From assembly GCA_012517255.1 (NCBI GenBank), contig JAAYVH010000313.1:5960-69959 (forward strand): a stretch of 64,000 bases of DNA. The letters run 5' to 3'. The stretch comes from Chthonomonadales bacterium (lineage in GTDB: Bacteria > Armatimonadota > Chthonomonadetes > Chthonomonadales > CAJBBX01). The notes under the pieces were generated by a model. The model saw only the letters and a program-made list of their open reading frames with translations. It did no database searches and was not told the DNA's origin. The first letter of the stretch is position 1, and each line of letters begins with the position of its first letter. The position numbers were made by a program, and so were the translations under genes. This document shows positions 1 to 9,500 of the stretch, in pieces.

Positions 1-2
1 AT

Positions 3-3000
3 GACACGGGGCGCCGTCATAATATCGGCGTGAAGGTGACCTATGCGCTGGATGGGGCCGAGCTGCGCATATGGATGTCGGTCGAGAATCGGACGAAGCA
101 CACGGTGCTCGAGGCCTGGTATCCCACGCTGGGAGGCCTCGAGGCGCTGGGCGGCGAGGTGACCGCGTCCAACACCATCACGCGACGAGCCCTCAAGTTG
201 CCCTTCGGCGACTTCGCGCCCCACTATCCGGGGGCGATGCCCATGGGCTTCCTCGACATAGGCGGCGAGAAGGGGCTCTACTTCGGCGCGCACGAGTCGC
301 TGGCCCGGCTCAAGCTGCTTCGGGTGATGGAGCAGGACGGCGACATCAGCGCTCGCCTGGTCCATCTGCCCTTCACAGTGCCGGGAGCGCGCATGAACGG
401 GTGCGCGGCGGTCTTCCGGTTCCGCGATGGCGGATTCGACGGCTCTGGGCGTATCTACAGCGCATGGTTCCGGCGCGCCTTCGGCGTGAAAGACCCGAAG
501 CAGGACTGGCTTCGGCGGCAGTCGTTCTTCCAGATGACCATGATCATGTTGCCGGAAGGCAACATCCACTATCGCTATCGCGACATACCGCGCCTCGCTG
601 CCGATGCGAAGAAGTACGGACTTGAGGCGATCCAGATCGCCGGATGGCAGAAGGGCGGACACGACAACGGCTATCCCCTCTATGAGCCTGATCCGCGCCT
701 CGGCACATGGGAGGAACTGCGCAAGGCCATCGCGGCGTGCCATCGCATGGGCGTGAGGGTGTTCTTCTTCGTCAACCTCCAGCCGGCCATGCTCGATCTC
801 GACTGGTACAAGCGCGAGCTCCACCGTTACGAGAGCGAGACCGCATCGGGCGATCCCATCTGGATCGCCGGCTGGGGCATGGGCACGCTGGCCTCCCGCA
901 TGGGGCTGACAACGCCGCTCATGGCGTTCCTCGACCCGTCATTCCCGAGGTACGCGGATGCCTTGATGGCCTACTTCCGCAAGCTTGCTTCCGTCGGGGC
1001 CGACGGCGTCCACGTGGACAAGATGTTCCCGCAGGCGCTCAACGTCAACCCGAATCTGACCATGTCGCCCGACACCTGCGGCTGGGAGGGAGCCATTCGC
1101 TTCCTCACGCGCATGGACCGGGAGTGTCGGGCCATCCACCCCGACTGGCGCATCTCCAACGAGTGCGCATGGGATAGAGCGCTTCAGGTCGGTACGGCCA
1201 CGTGGTGGGCCGGCAACATGACCGCCGTCAAGCGCGTCTTCCCTGAGACGGCAGAGACTGTGGGCCTCTATCAGCCGTTCGACTACGCGGGCGTCAACAA
1301 TGCCGTGCGCAACGGGCACGTCGTGATGGTTGCGCCGTACCACTTCCAGCGCTCCATGGATGCGCCGGGCTGGCAAGGCCTGGCTCGCTACATCCGCGAC
1401 GTCAAGCGCCTGCGCGATCGGTTGGCCGATGCGGTGTTTCTCGGCGAGTCGCTCGGTCCCGGTCGCGCAGAAGTGAAGGCCAACTCCGGTGATGTCGCCT
1501 ACAACGTGTTCCGGAATCCGCAGACCGGCCGGCACGTTGCCGTGGTTCAGAACATTGGGGCCTCCCCGATGCTGGTCACGCTCGAACGATTCGTGGGCAC
1601 GGCTGCGAGGATGGTCCAGGTTCACCGGCCCGGCCTTCCCGCAAAGCAGTTCGCGTTGCCTGCGAGCTTCTGCGTGGATGCCGAGAGGATCGCCTTCGTC
1701 GAGGAGCTGTCGCCCGGTGCCGCCATCACAGCGGCGGAATCCGAGACTCTGCCATCGCAGCCCGACAGCGCCGTTCGGCCCTTTGCCAATGCCGACTTCG
1801 AGTCCGGCACGCTCGAAGGCTGGACTGCCGACGGCAACTGGACGGTCGATGACAACTCGGCCGGCGGCTGGTATGCGGGCTGGCAAGGGCGTCGCTTCGC
1901 CTGGAGCGGCAAGGGCGGCGAACCGACCACCGGCAAGCTACGATCGCCCGTCTTTGAGCTCAGCGCCGATGCCGTTCAGGTGAGCGTGGCAGGCTGGTCG
2001 GACATTCAGGGGAGGACGCCCGACCGATGGAACTACGTTACGCTCAACCTTGAGGACGGCACCGAGATCGCCCGATCCTACACCGCGAACACCACGACCT
2101 TCACGCCTGTGCTGCTCGAGGCAGGCAGTCATCGGGGCAAGCGCGCCTACATCGAGGCGGTGGACAACGGCACCGAGACTACCTACTCCATGATCTGCAT
2201 AGACGACGTGCGCCTTGTCAACATCGCGGCTGCGCCGACCCCGGTCTTCCCATCCGATCCGATCGTCCTCGAGGATGAGCGGTACCGAGTGGAGGTAGCG
2301 CGGACGAGCGGGGTGATCAGCCGCATACGGGACAAGCTCTCGGGAACGGAGATCATCACAGAGCCGCGGCTGGCCGACAACTGGCGCATCAGTCTACCGA
2401 TCATACCGGTTCGACGGCGAGAGGGCTGGCGGAACTTTGAAGGCAACTATATCCGCGGACGCGACCAGCGTCTGACCGCTCACACGCTGAGCGCAGCCGG
2501 TCTCGATCTCATATGGAAGGGTCCTCTCAGGGCGGAAGATGGACGGCTGTGGCCCATCCAGGTGCGCATGCGGATCGCGCCGGACCGACAGGGCCTCAGC
2601 TTCTCGCTTACGGTGGAGAATGGAACCAGGCACGAGCTGGGCGAGATCGCCTACCCGATCATCGGGGGCATGACGGGCCTCGGAGCCACCGCTGCCGCGA
2701 GGAAGGGCACGACGCTGATCGTACCGGCAGGAGGCGGCGTCCAGTCGTCGCGGCCCTTCCACACGTTCAACAGCATGTCGTGGCTCGGCATCTTCGGGCC
2801 CGAGCAGCATTACCCATATCCCACAAGCCTGTCCATGGCATGGGGAGCGCTGAGCGGCGGCTCCGGCGGTCCGACGGTGTACTTCGGCTCCCACGACCCG
2901 ATTGCACGGCTCAAGGCGCTCCATCTCGAGATGGTTCCAGGCGTGTCCGGCGTGCGCGCTGACGGCAACTGGCCGCGTTCCGATGAACTCATGGGCCGAC

Positions 3001-3881
3001 CCGCGGGCGTGCGCATGGCCTGGGTGCACTTCGCCTACCAGCCACCGGGCAAGGCCTTCGACGGTCCGCCAGTCTACGTCCGATGCGGCGCCGACGGCAT
3101 CGAAGGGTGCGCCCGGTACTATGGCGAGTGGCTCAAGCGAGGCTCGATCAAGCCGCGGCCTCTGGCGCCTGCGTGGAAGCCCGTTGGCCGGACCCCCTTC
3201 GCCGCATTGCCGGCCCTGGCCCGTGATGCGGCGCGTGACGGTATCCGGGCCCTCCTCCTGACAGATTGGAGAGGCGGCAACATCGACGACGGCGATCCTG
3301 CGCTCGCGCCCGATCCGGCGCTCGGAGGCGACGACGGCCTGCGCAGGGCAGCCGATGAGTGCCGCAGGCTGGGCGTGACGGTGTACCTGGAGTGCCGTAT
3401 CAATCCCGTCGCGCAACACACCGGAGCGTATGGCGGCCTCAAATCCTTCGTCTGCGAGGACCGATGGGGCGTGCCGTATTCACAGATTGGATGGGCTGCG
3501 CCGCGCTGCACGGCCGAGGCCCTCTCCATGGGCGAACGACGAGTCTGGCTCAATCCGGGCCATCCGGGCTATCGCGCGGCTCTTGCCGAGGCGATTGAAC
3601 GCGTGGCCGAACTGGGCATCGCCGGCGTGCGTCTGGTCGGCTTCTTCGGTCAGCCGCTCGACTTCAACGCGGGGCTGGACACGACTCCCGACAGCGCCTC
3701 GTGGGAAGGCGCGCTGCGCACGCTCGAGGCAGTAACCGCAGCGGCGCGACGGCACCGGCCGGACTTCGCGCTGGTGCTCGATGAACCCTATGACTTTCTA
3801 GGCTTCGTACCGGTGCATACGGGACAGCCTCCTCAACCGGGCTCGCCCCTGGCGACGGCTCTGCCAAGCTCCGGACGGTAA
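3..3881 (+). CDS. Large multidomain putative glycoside hydrolase with two DUF6259-like modules and a central beta-sandwich (5'-partial)
   Basis: The frame is open from nt 3 (DTGRRHNIGVKV...), so the start probably lies upstream of the window. Two similar TIM-barrel-like modules: 'QIAGWQKGGHDNGYPLYEPDPRLG...GADGVHVD' and 'LLTDWRGGNIDDGDPALAPDPALG...GIAGVRLV'. Central 'NADFESGTLEGWT' segment resembles a carbohydrate-binding module. Confidence 0.65.
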   Translation, partial: DTGRRHNIGVKVTYALDGAELRIWMSVENRTKHTVLEAWYPTLGGLEALGGEVTASNTITRRALKLPFGDFAPHYPGAMPMGFLDIGGEKGLYFGAHESLARLKLLRVMEQDGDISARLVHLPFTVPGARMNGCAAVFRFRDGGFDGSGRIYSAWFRRAFGVKDPKQDWLRRQSFFQMTMIMLPEGNIHYRYRDIPRLAADAKKYGLEAIQIAGWQKGGHDNGYPLYEPDPRLGTWEELRKAIAACHRMGVRVFFFVNLQPAMLDLDWYKRELHRYESETASGDPIWIAGWGMGTLASRMGLTTPLMAFLDPSFPRYADALMAYFRKLASVGADGVHVDKMFPQALNVNPNLTMSPDTCGWEGAIRFLTRMDRECRAIHPDWRISNECAWDRALQVGTATWWAGNMTAVKRVFPETAETVGLYQPFDYAGVNNAVRNGHVVMVAPYHFQRSMDAPGWQGLARYIRDVKRLRDRLADAVFLGESLGPGRAEVKANSGDVAYNVFRNPQTGRHVAVVQNIGASPMLVTLERFVGTAARMVQVHRPGLPAKQFALPASFCVDAERIAFVEELSPGAAITAAESETLPSQPDSAVRPFANADFESGTLEGWTADGNWTVDDNSAGGWYAGWQGRRFAWSGKGGEPTTGKLRSPVFELSADAVQVSVAGWSDIQGRTPDRWNYVTLNLEDGTEIARSYTANTTTFTPVLLEAGSHRGKRAYIEAVDNGTETTYSMICIDDVRLVNIAAAPTPVFPSDPIVLEDERYRVEVARTSGVISRIRDKLSGTEIITEPRLADNWRISLPIIPVRRREGWRNFEGNYIRGRDQRLTAHTLSAAGLDLIWKGPLRAEDGRLWPIQVRMRIAPDRQGLSFSLTVENGTRHELGEIAYPIIGGMTGLGATAAARKGTTLIVPAGGGVQSSRPFHTFNSMSWLGIFGPEQHYPYPTSLSMAWGALSGGSGGPTVYFGSHDPIARLKALHLEMVPGVSGVRADGNWPRSDELMGRPAGVRMAWVHFAYQPPGKAFDGPPVYVRCGADGIEGCARYYGEWLKRGSIKPRPLAPAWKPVGRTPFAALPALARDAARDGIRALLLTDWRGGNIDDGDPALAPDPALGGDDGLRRAADECRRLGVTVYLECRINPVAQHTGAYGGLKSFVCEDRWGVPYSQIGWAAPRCTAEALSMGERRVWLNPGHPGYRAALAEAIERVAELGIAGVRLVGFFGQPLDFNAGLDTTPDSASWEGALRTLEAVTAAARRHRPDFALVLDEPYDFLGFVPVHTGQPPQPGSPLATALPSSGR

Positions 3882-3935
3882 GCCTGTAGCGGGTTATGTG
3901 GCCGATCCCCGGCCCACTCGGTCCTGCCTGTCGGC

Positions 3936-5243
3936 CTACGCTCCGCGGGGCGGGGCGAAGAGCCGGCCATACAGCGCCGCGACCCTGCCGCTCAGGTCGG
4001 CGAGCCCGCGCGCCGCGTGTTGGTCGCCCGCCGCATGCTGCCGCATGAGGCGGCCTTCCTCCACGCACAGCTCATCATGCAGCGGGAAGACCTCCCGCAT
4101 GAGGAAGAGGGCGTACTTCACCAGCCGGAAAGGTCCGTAGGCACGCGGTTCCTGATTGGGCAGCGCCTCGACTGCGACCGACCACAGCCCTTTGATGGAG
4201 GACTTCAGGTCGGCGAACTCGCACGACGGCGCGAACGCGACGGTGTAGTACCAGCCGAAGAGCTCACCGCGCTCGCACCCGTGCGCGTCGCTCACGCCGA
4301 CAATCGGTATGCGCCGGCCGTGGACCCTCTCCTCGTGGTAACGCGCGACCTGCAGGGTGTTTGAGGCGACTTCGTAGAGATGGTAGCCGCCGATCAGCTC
4401 GTAGGCGTCATAGGGCTGTTTCTCGAAGACATACGATGTGAGCGCGCCCGAAGGAGTGTAGCGGTTGCTCGTGAACCAGTACGGATGGCAGAAGATGCCC
4501 AGACCGTCGGCCTCTCGGATGCGATCCAGCGACCAGACGGTCGAGGCGTACTGGAACCGGTCCACGCCTGCGGGCACCTCGCCCAGTCGCTCCGCCAACT
4601 CATTGACCTTCGCTCGGTACGCGTCTTCGGGGTGGAACAGGGCGTTCACGCTCGCCTTCCCGCCGAAGTTAACCATGTGGACAGGGTTGCCCGGAGGATG
4701 CACCTCTTCACCGGGATACATGCGCAGGTCGCACTGAGCGCCCTCATACGCCCGGATGGCCTCCAACGACGGCTCGTATTGACCGTGGTCGGTGAGCGCC
4801 ATGAAGTCGAGTCCGATGGAGCGGCACGCGGCGGCGACATAGGCAGGGGCTTCGCGACCGTCGGAATAGGACGAATGCATGTGCACATCGCCCTTCCACG
4901 GCAACCGCCCGACGAGGTCCGGTCCCACGGAGTAGATGCGGAACTCCCCGAGTCGTCGCCGGTTGCCGCCCTGCACCGCTTCGAGTACCAGCACGTGCTC
5001 CTGCTCGGCCTCGAAGTACTGGCGCAGCATGAGCTTGTCTCCGACGCGACGGACGGAGGGCTTACTGCGATCCGGCCAGCCGCTCCGCTGCGAAAACTCC
5101 TCACACGGGTAGTACGTGACCTCGTAATCCACGCCGTCCTTGAGGGCCACATGTCCGAAGAGCGGACGGATCGTGATCTCGGTCTCGGCGTCACCCGGCA
5201 CGACAACCGGATGTACCGAAAAGGTGCGATGTTCAGGGCGCAT
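3936..5243 (-). CDS. PHP-family metal-dependent phosphoesterase
   Basis: PHP motifs 'DVHMHSSYSDG', 'ALTDHG', 'PGEEV', 'FCHPYW', 'GVSDAH'. Confidence 0.85.
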   Translation of the reverse strand: MRPEHRTFSVHPVVVPGDAETEITIRPLFGHVALKDGVDYEVTYYPCEEFSQRSGWPDRSKPSVRRVGDKLMLRQYFEAEQEHVLVLEAVQGGNRRRLGEFRIYSVGPDLVGRLPWKGDVHMHSSYSDGREAPAYVAAACRSIGLDFMALTDHGQYEPSLEAIRAYEGAQCDLRMYPGEEVHPPGNPVHMVNFGGKASVNALFHPEDAYRAKVNELAERLGEVPAGVDRFQYASTVWSLDRIREADGLGIFCHPYWFTSNRYTPSGALTSYVFEKQPYDAYELIGGYHLYEVASNTLQVARYHEERVHGRRIPIVGVSDAHGCERGELFGWYYTVAFAPSCEFADLKSSIKGLWSVAVEALPNQEPRAYGPFRLVKYALFLMREVFPLHDELCVEEGRLMRQHAAGDQHAARGLADLSGRVAALYGRLFAPPRGA

Positions 5244-5451
5244 GGCGATCTCCGTGTCAGGCGGCAGGTGCCTGAGCGCGCGCCGCCTATCTTGGATTAT
5301 GGTAGCATGCCTGCGGGTTCCGTCGGTGTGGCCCGGGCTTCGACCGCGCGATGGCGCGGTGATGCCAGGTCTGCGCGGAGCGCATTCTCATGGATGAGGC
5401 TAAGGTGAGCTCCGCCGGGAGCATGGTTGGCCTCAGGTTGGAGTTGCGACT

Positions 5452-7431
5452 ATGGTTACACGGCATCTGGTTGTCTGCGTGACGGTTCTGTCGGTCCTGG
5501 CCGGGCTGCCTGCCGTTGCCGACGATGGCGCCTCGGAGGCCTCGCTCAGGGCTGCACTGCGGCGTCTGACCGCCCACGTACAGCAGCAGATCACGCTTAC
5601 GCCCGATCGGATCAACGGCGAGACCCGCGTAATCGCCGAGAACGTAAGGCTGATCGGAAACTCTCGCGGGACGCTCCGTGATGCTTTCGCGCTGGTGTCG
5701 GCTTACGAAGATCGGGTCGGCCCGCTGTTCCTGACCGATGCGACGCGATCCGGGCTGCCGCGCAAACCGCAGGCGGGCCGTGAACTGGACTACGCGCTGA
5801 TCGCCGTTCAGCAGGGCCTCATAGATCATGCGTACACGCCTTCGAACCTGAGCCGGTTCGCAGACCTTCTGGACGGTGCGTTCTTCAAGACTTCGGCCTA
5901 CTTCCCCGGCGCCGTGGCGTCGCGCGCGGACCCGCGCGTGGTGCACAGGGTACGGATCAATGCCTCGCAACCTCGGCCGTGGGGATCGCCTGTCATGTAC
6001 GACGAGGATCCCGCTCGTCGCCCGACGGGCTGCTATCTCGCCCCGGGGGACATAGCTACCGTGACCGTCCCGCCCGCGATGGTGAGCCGTGGCTTCAGCG
6101 TCCGCGTCGGCGCGCATTCGTGGGACCTTGCGGAGAAGCCGCGGATGCTTCGGCTCGATCGCGTCTCGCTCGTGTACCCCATTGAAGCGGCGGACACGCT
6201 CGTCGCCAATCCCCTCGGCGGCGGCATCTACATCGAAGTCCCGCCCAATGCCGATCTCGGACTGGTGACGGTGACGATTCGACGCGCCGTTCGCTCGCCG
6301 TTCTTCTCTGCAACCCGCTTCCACAAGACGACGCTCCGTGAGTGGCGCGAAGTGGAGCGCAAGCACCCTGGGCCCTGGGCCGACTTCGAAACCGACAAGT
6401 TCATGATGCAGGTTCCGACCGACTGGATCTACGCCTTCGACGACCCTGCGAAACTGATGCGGGACTGGGACAGAGCTCTCGATTGCGTGTCCGATCTGTT
6501 CGGGAGGCCGCGCGTCAGACCCAAGAGCGTGCTCTATCTGCAAGTGGACGTCGTGATACGCGGCAGCGCCTATTTTCCCGGCTACCCGCAGTCGAACTTC
6601 AGCTACTCGCCCCATAAGAAGGAGGGCGGCCACAGCAGCCACTGGCTCCTCAAAGGGCCGCGGTCGGGGGCAGCTACCATTTTCCACGAGCTGGGGCATG
6701 CCCAGTTGTTCACGAAGTTTTCGGGCGAAGTGGAGGCCGTGGTCAATCTGCCCTATGTGGCCGTTCTGAACAAGGGCTTCGGGGTGGATCTCGACACCGC
6801 GTTCGGCATGTCGTTCGACAACGAGAACATCTCGCTCGATCAGGCCGCTATCATGTGGATGGTCACGGAGAACTTCCGTCAGGGCAAGCCGATGGACATC
6901 TCCGACTCGGAGAGGAACGAGGTGCGATACCAGCATCGCGGCTACGCGAAGTACGTCGAGATCGCGAAGCTATTCGGTTGGAAGGCTCTCGAGAGGTTCT
7001 GGCGGTCGGTGCAGCTCGACTACCTGAAGGGGATAGATCCGCCGCGCAACGACGATCCGACCGACAACCGCATCCTTCGCATGTCCAGAGCCGCGGGAGC
7101 CGACCTGACGCCTCTCATCCACTTCTGGGGAGTGCAGCCCGACGATCCGGCGGCGCTGAGACAGGCCATCTCGGCCGCGGGTCTCAAGCCGTCGCGGCTG
7201 ATCTATGATCGCCTCGTGCACTACAAGACGCTCATCCCCATGAGCAACGCCGAGTTCGCGAAGCATGCCCGAACCATCTACCCGCGCGGCCTACGCGAGG
7301 GGCAGAGCCCTCTGTACGGCGAAGGGTGGTATCAGGTGTGGCTCCAGAAGTACGACGCGTCGCACGGCGAGGCGGCGGCAGCCGCGCTGCAGAACATCAT
7401 CACGCGCTACTTCCCGACAGGCCGTCCTTAA
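5452..7431 (+). CDS. Secreted M60-like (enhancin-type) zinc metallopeptidase
   Basis: Signal peptide; M60 N-domain 'PTGCYLAPG...NPLGGGIYIEVP'; 'PWADFETDKF'; zinc motif 'FHELGH' followed by 'GEVEAVVN'. Confidence 0.8.
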   Translation: MVTRHLVVCVTVLSVLAGLPAVADDGASEASLRAALRRLTAHVQQQITLTPDRINGETRVIAENVRLIGNSRGTLRDAFALVSAYEDRVGPLFLTDATRSGLPRKPQAGRELDYALIAVQQGLIDHAYTPSNLSRFADLLDGAFFKTSAYFPGAVASRADPRVVHRVRINASQPRPWGSPVMYDEDPARRPTGCYLAPGDIATVTVPPAMVSRGFSVRVGAHSWDLAEKPRMLRLDRVSLVYPIEAADTLVANPLGGGIYIEVPPNADLGLVTVTIRRAVRSPFFSATRFHKTTLREWREVERKHPGPWADFETDKFMMQVPTDWIYAFDDPAKLMRDWDRALDCVSDLFGRPRVRPKSVLYLQVDVVIRGSAYFPGYPQSNFSYSPHKKEGGHSSHWLLKGPRSGAATIFHELGHAQLFTKFSGEVEAVVNLPYVAVLNKGFGVDLDTAFGMSFDNENISLDQAAIMWMVTENFRQGKPMDISDSERNEVRYQHRGYAKYVEIAKLFGWKALERFWRSVQLDYLKGIDPPRNDDPTDNRILRMSRAAGADLTPLIHFWGVQPDDPAALRQAISAAGLKPSRLIYDRLVHYKTLIPMSNAEFAKHARTIYPRGLREGQSPLYGEGWYQVWLQKYDASHGEAAAAALQNIITRYFPTGRP

Positions 7432-8570
7432 CGGTAACGTCCGTACTGCTGGATCGTGCTCATGATGGCGCGAAGGCCCGATAGGCGGCTGCCCGGGTTG
7501 ATGCTGCCCGCTGTGGCAATGATGAGGCCGCCGTCAGCGCCGACGGCTTGGATATCGCGCCGGACCTCGGCTGCCACCTCTTCGTCGGTTCCGCGCGCGA
7601 AGGTCCATGGGGCGAGTTGGCCGTGGATCACGCATCGGGGCATGTGCTTGCGGATGTCCTCGACCCTCACCGTCGGCCCGAAGTTGCCGTGGTTGACGCC
7701 TGCCTCGTTGAGCAGCGGCAGCAGGTGGGTCATGGCGCTGTCGGAATGCTGGTGGCGTGTGTCGTCGGGCCCGGGCGCGAACTCGGCAAAGACCCGCTTG
7801 AGGATGGGCAGGCCGAAGAATGCATACATGTCGGCGTTGAGCATGGCGCAGTTGTCATCGGCGAAGCCGAAACCGCGCCGATCAGGCGTGCCGCTCGCCT
7901 CATACAGCACGTGCGTCATCTCGATGATCTTGTCGGCGAGGACATCGCGAAATCGGGCGGCCAGCCCGGGTTCATCCCTGATCAGGAAGATCAGATTCTC
8001 CACGCCGTAGATGCTCATAGCGGCCGTCACGGGCCCGCGAACGCCTCCGCCCATGCGGGGTCTCTTGCCGTAGCGCTCGAAGATCCTGCGCGTTTCGGCT
8101 TCCCAGTTGGCCGGGAAGAGGAACTCGCGCAGGTTGCGCCGCTCCACCCGATCAAGGAGTGCCTCGAGTTCCTTCGGCGTCTGCGCCGAGGGCATGACCC
8201 ACCCTGTGCCGCCCGTGTGGACGGTCTTGGCTTCGAAGATGTCCGTGATGCCCTTGACCGGCGGGAAGTGCGAATCAGCCGGAGGCGGATCGTCCTCCGG
8301 CATCATGGGGCGCCCGACGATGGCGATCGCGCGCTCGTTGTAGCGCTTGCGCAGATCGAGCGGCGCGTCGTAGGGGTTCTGAACCTCGGTGTCTGCGTTC
8401 TCTGGCATGGGCAGACCGAGCTCATCCCAGATGCACGTTGCCGGCATGCGAATGCCCAGCGGGACCTGCGGCTTGTCGGTGGAGAACCACTTGCCGTGGC
8501 TGGCAGCGTCGTCGTCCCAGAACCGCTCGAGGTCCACCGGGAAGAGATAGGGGCTGCGCGGATCAGGCAT
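7428..8570 (-). CDS. Uroporphyrinogen decarboxylase family (URO-D/MtaA-like) protein
   Basis: 'RGPVTAAMSIYGVENL', 'FADDNC', 'HQHSDS', 'IHGQLAP', C-terminal 'GGLIIATAGSI'. Confidence 0.8.
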   Translation of the reverse strand: MPDPRSPYLFPVDLERFWDDDAASHGKWFSTDKPQVPLGIRMPATCIWDELGLPMPENADTEVQNPYDAPLDLRKRYNERAIAIVGRPMMPEDDPPPADSHFPPVKGITDIFEAKTVHTGGTGWVMPSAQTPKELEALLDRVERRNLREFLFPANWEAETRRIFERYGKRPRMGGGVRGPVTAAMSIYGVENLIFLIRDEPGLAARFRDVLADKIIEMTHVLYEASGTPDRRGFGFADDNCAMLNADMYAFFGLPILKRVFAEFAPGPDDTRHQHSDSAMTHLLPLLNEAGVNHGNFGPTVRVEDIRKHMPRCVIHGQLAPWTFARGTDEEVAAEVRRDIQAVGADGGLIIATAGSINPGSRLSGLRAIMSTIQQYGRYR

Positions 8571-8654
8571 TGATCGGGCTACCGCGGAGGAACATTGGCT
8601 ACATTGTACCGCATGGTGCGTGTGGCTCCGGAGGCGTGCGTGGGTGCGGAAGAG

Positions 8655-9500
8655 CTACCGGGCCGGTCGGATCCCAGCCCATGGGCCGTGGAGGTGATGC
8701 CGCTGGGCCCAGCGAGAGTGCTCGTGGACGAGGTTCGCACGCAGCAGCAGGTCGCCGTCGGAGAGGATAGCCTCCGCCGGTCCGTCGGCCGCAACCCCGT
8801 GGTCCTCGTTGAGCACAATCACCCTCCGGGCGAGCAGCGGCACGCTCTCGAGGTCATGGGTGGCCGTGACGATGGTCTTGCCCGCCGTGCTGAGCTCGCC
8901 GATCAGGTGGACGAGCCAGTGCTGGCTTCTCGGGTCGAGGCCCATGGTCGGTTCATCGAGGAGCAGCGCCTCTGGGTTCACCGAAAGGACCGCGCCGATG
9001 GCAACGCGCTTCTTCTCGCCGCCGGACAGTCGGAACGGAGGCCTGTCGAGCAGCGCCTGGAGACCCAGCATGGCCGCCAGGTCGGCGACCCGTTGCCGGA
9101 CTTCGGCGACCGGAATGCCCATCTGGAGCGGGCCGAAGGCGAGTTCCTCTTCCACCGTCGGGCAAAACAGCTGGGCATCGGAGTTCTGGAATACGATGCC
9201 CACCCGTCGGCGAAAGGAGCACGCATAGGCCGCGTCCGCCAGATAGGCCCGCGTCAGCTCCGCCCCGAATGCCCTCACCGAACCCGAGGAAGGGTGAGCC
9301 AGTCCCGCAAGCAGCCGCAGGAGGGTGGACTTGCCGCTTCCGTTGGCGCCCAGCAGGGCGACCTGGTCGCCGACAGGGATCTCCAGCGAAACACCGGCCA
9401 CCGCAAGAGTACCGTCGGGATAGGCGAAGACGGTATCGCGCATCTCGAAAGCCGGAGGCATGGGGCTCAGTATCGCGCCGCCGGTCTCCGGGCTCATCAT
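8655..9500 (-). CDS. cbiO: ECF transporter ATPase (CbiO/NikO type)
   Basis: Walker A 'GANGSGKST', Q-loop 'VFQNSDAQLF', signature 'LSGGEKKR', Walker B 'LLLDEPT', His-rich tail. ATG at 9500 overlaps the upstream stop (ATGA). Confidence 0.9.
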   Translation of the reverse strand: MMSPETGGAILSPMPPAFEMRDTVFAYPDGTLAVAGVSLEIPVGDQVALLGANGSGKSTLLRLLAGLAHPSSGSVRAFGAELTRAYLADAAYACSFRRRVGIVFQNSDAQLFCPTVEEELAFGPLQMGIPVAEVRQRVADLAAMLGLQALLDRPPFRLSGGEKKRVAIGAVLSVNPEALLLDEPTMGLDPRSQHWLVHLIGELSTAGKTIVTATHDLESVPLLARRVIVLNEDHGVAADGPAEAILSDGDLLLRANLVHEHSRWAQRHHLHGPWAGIRPAR

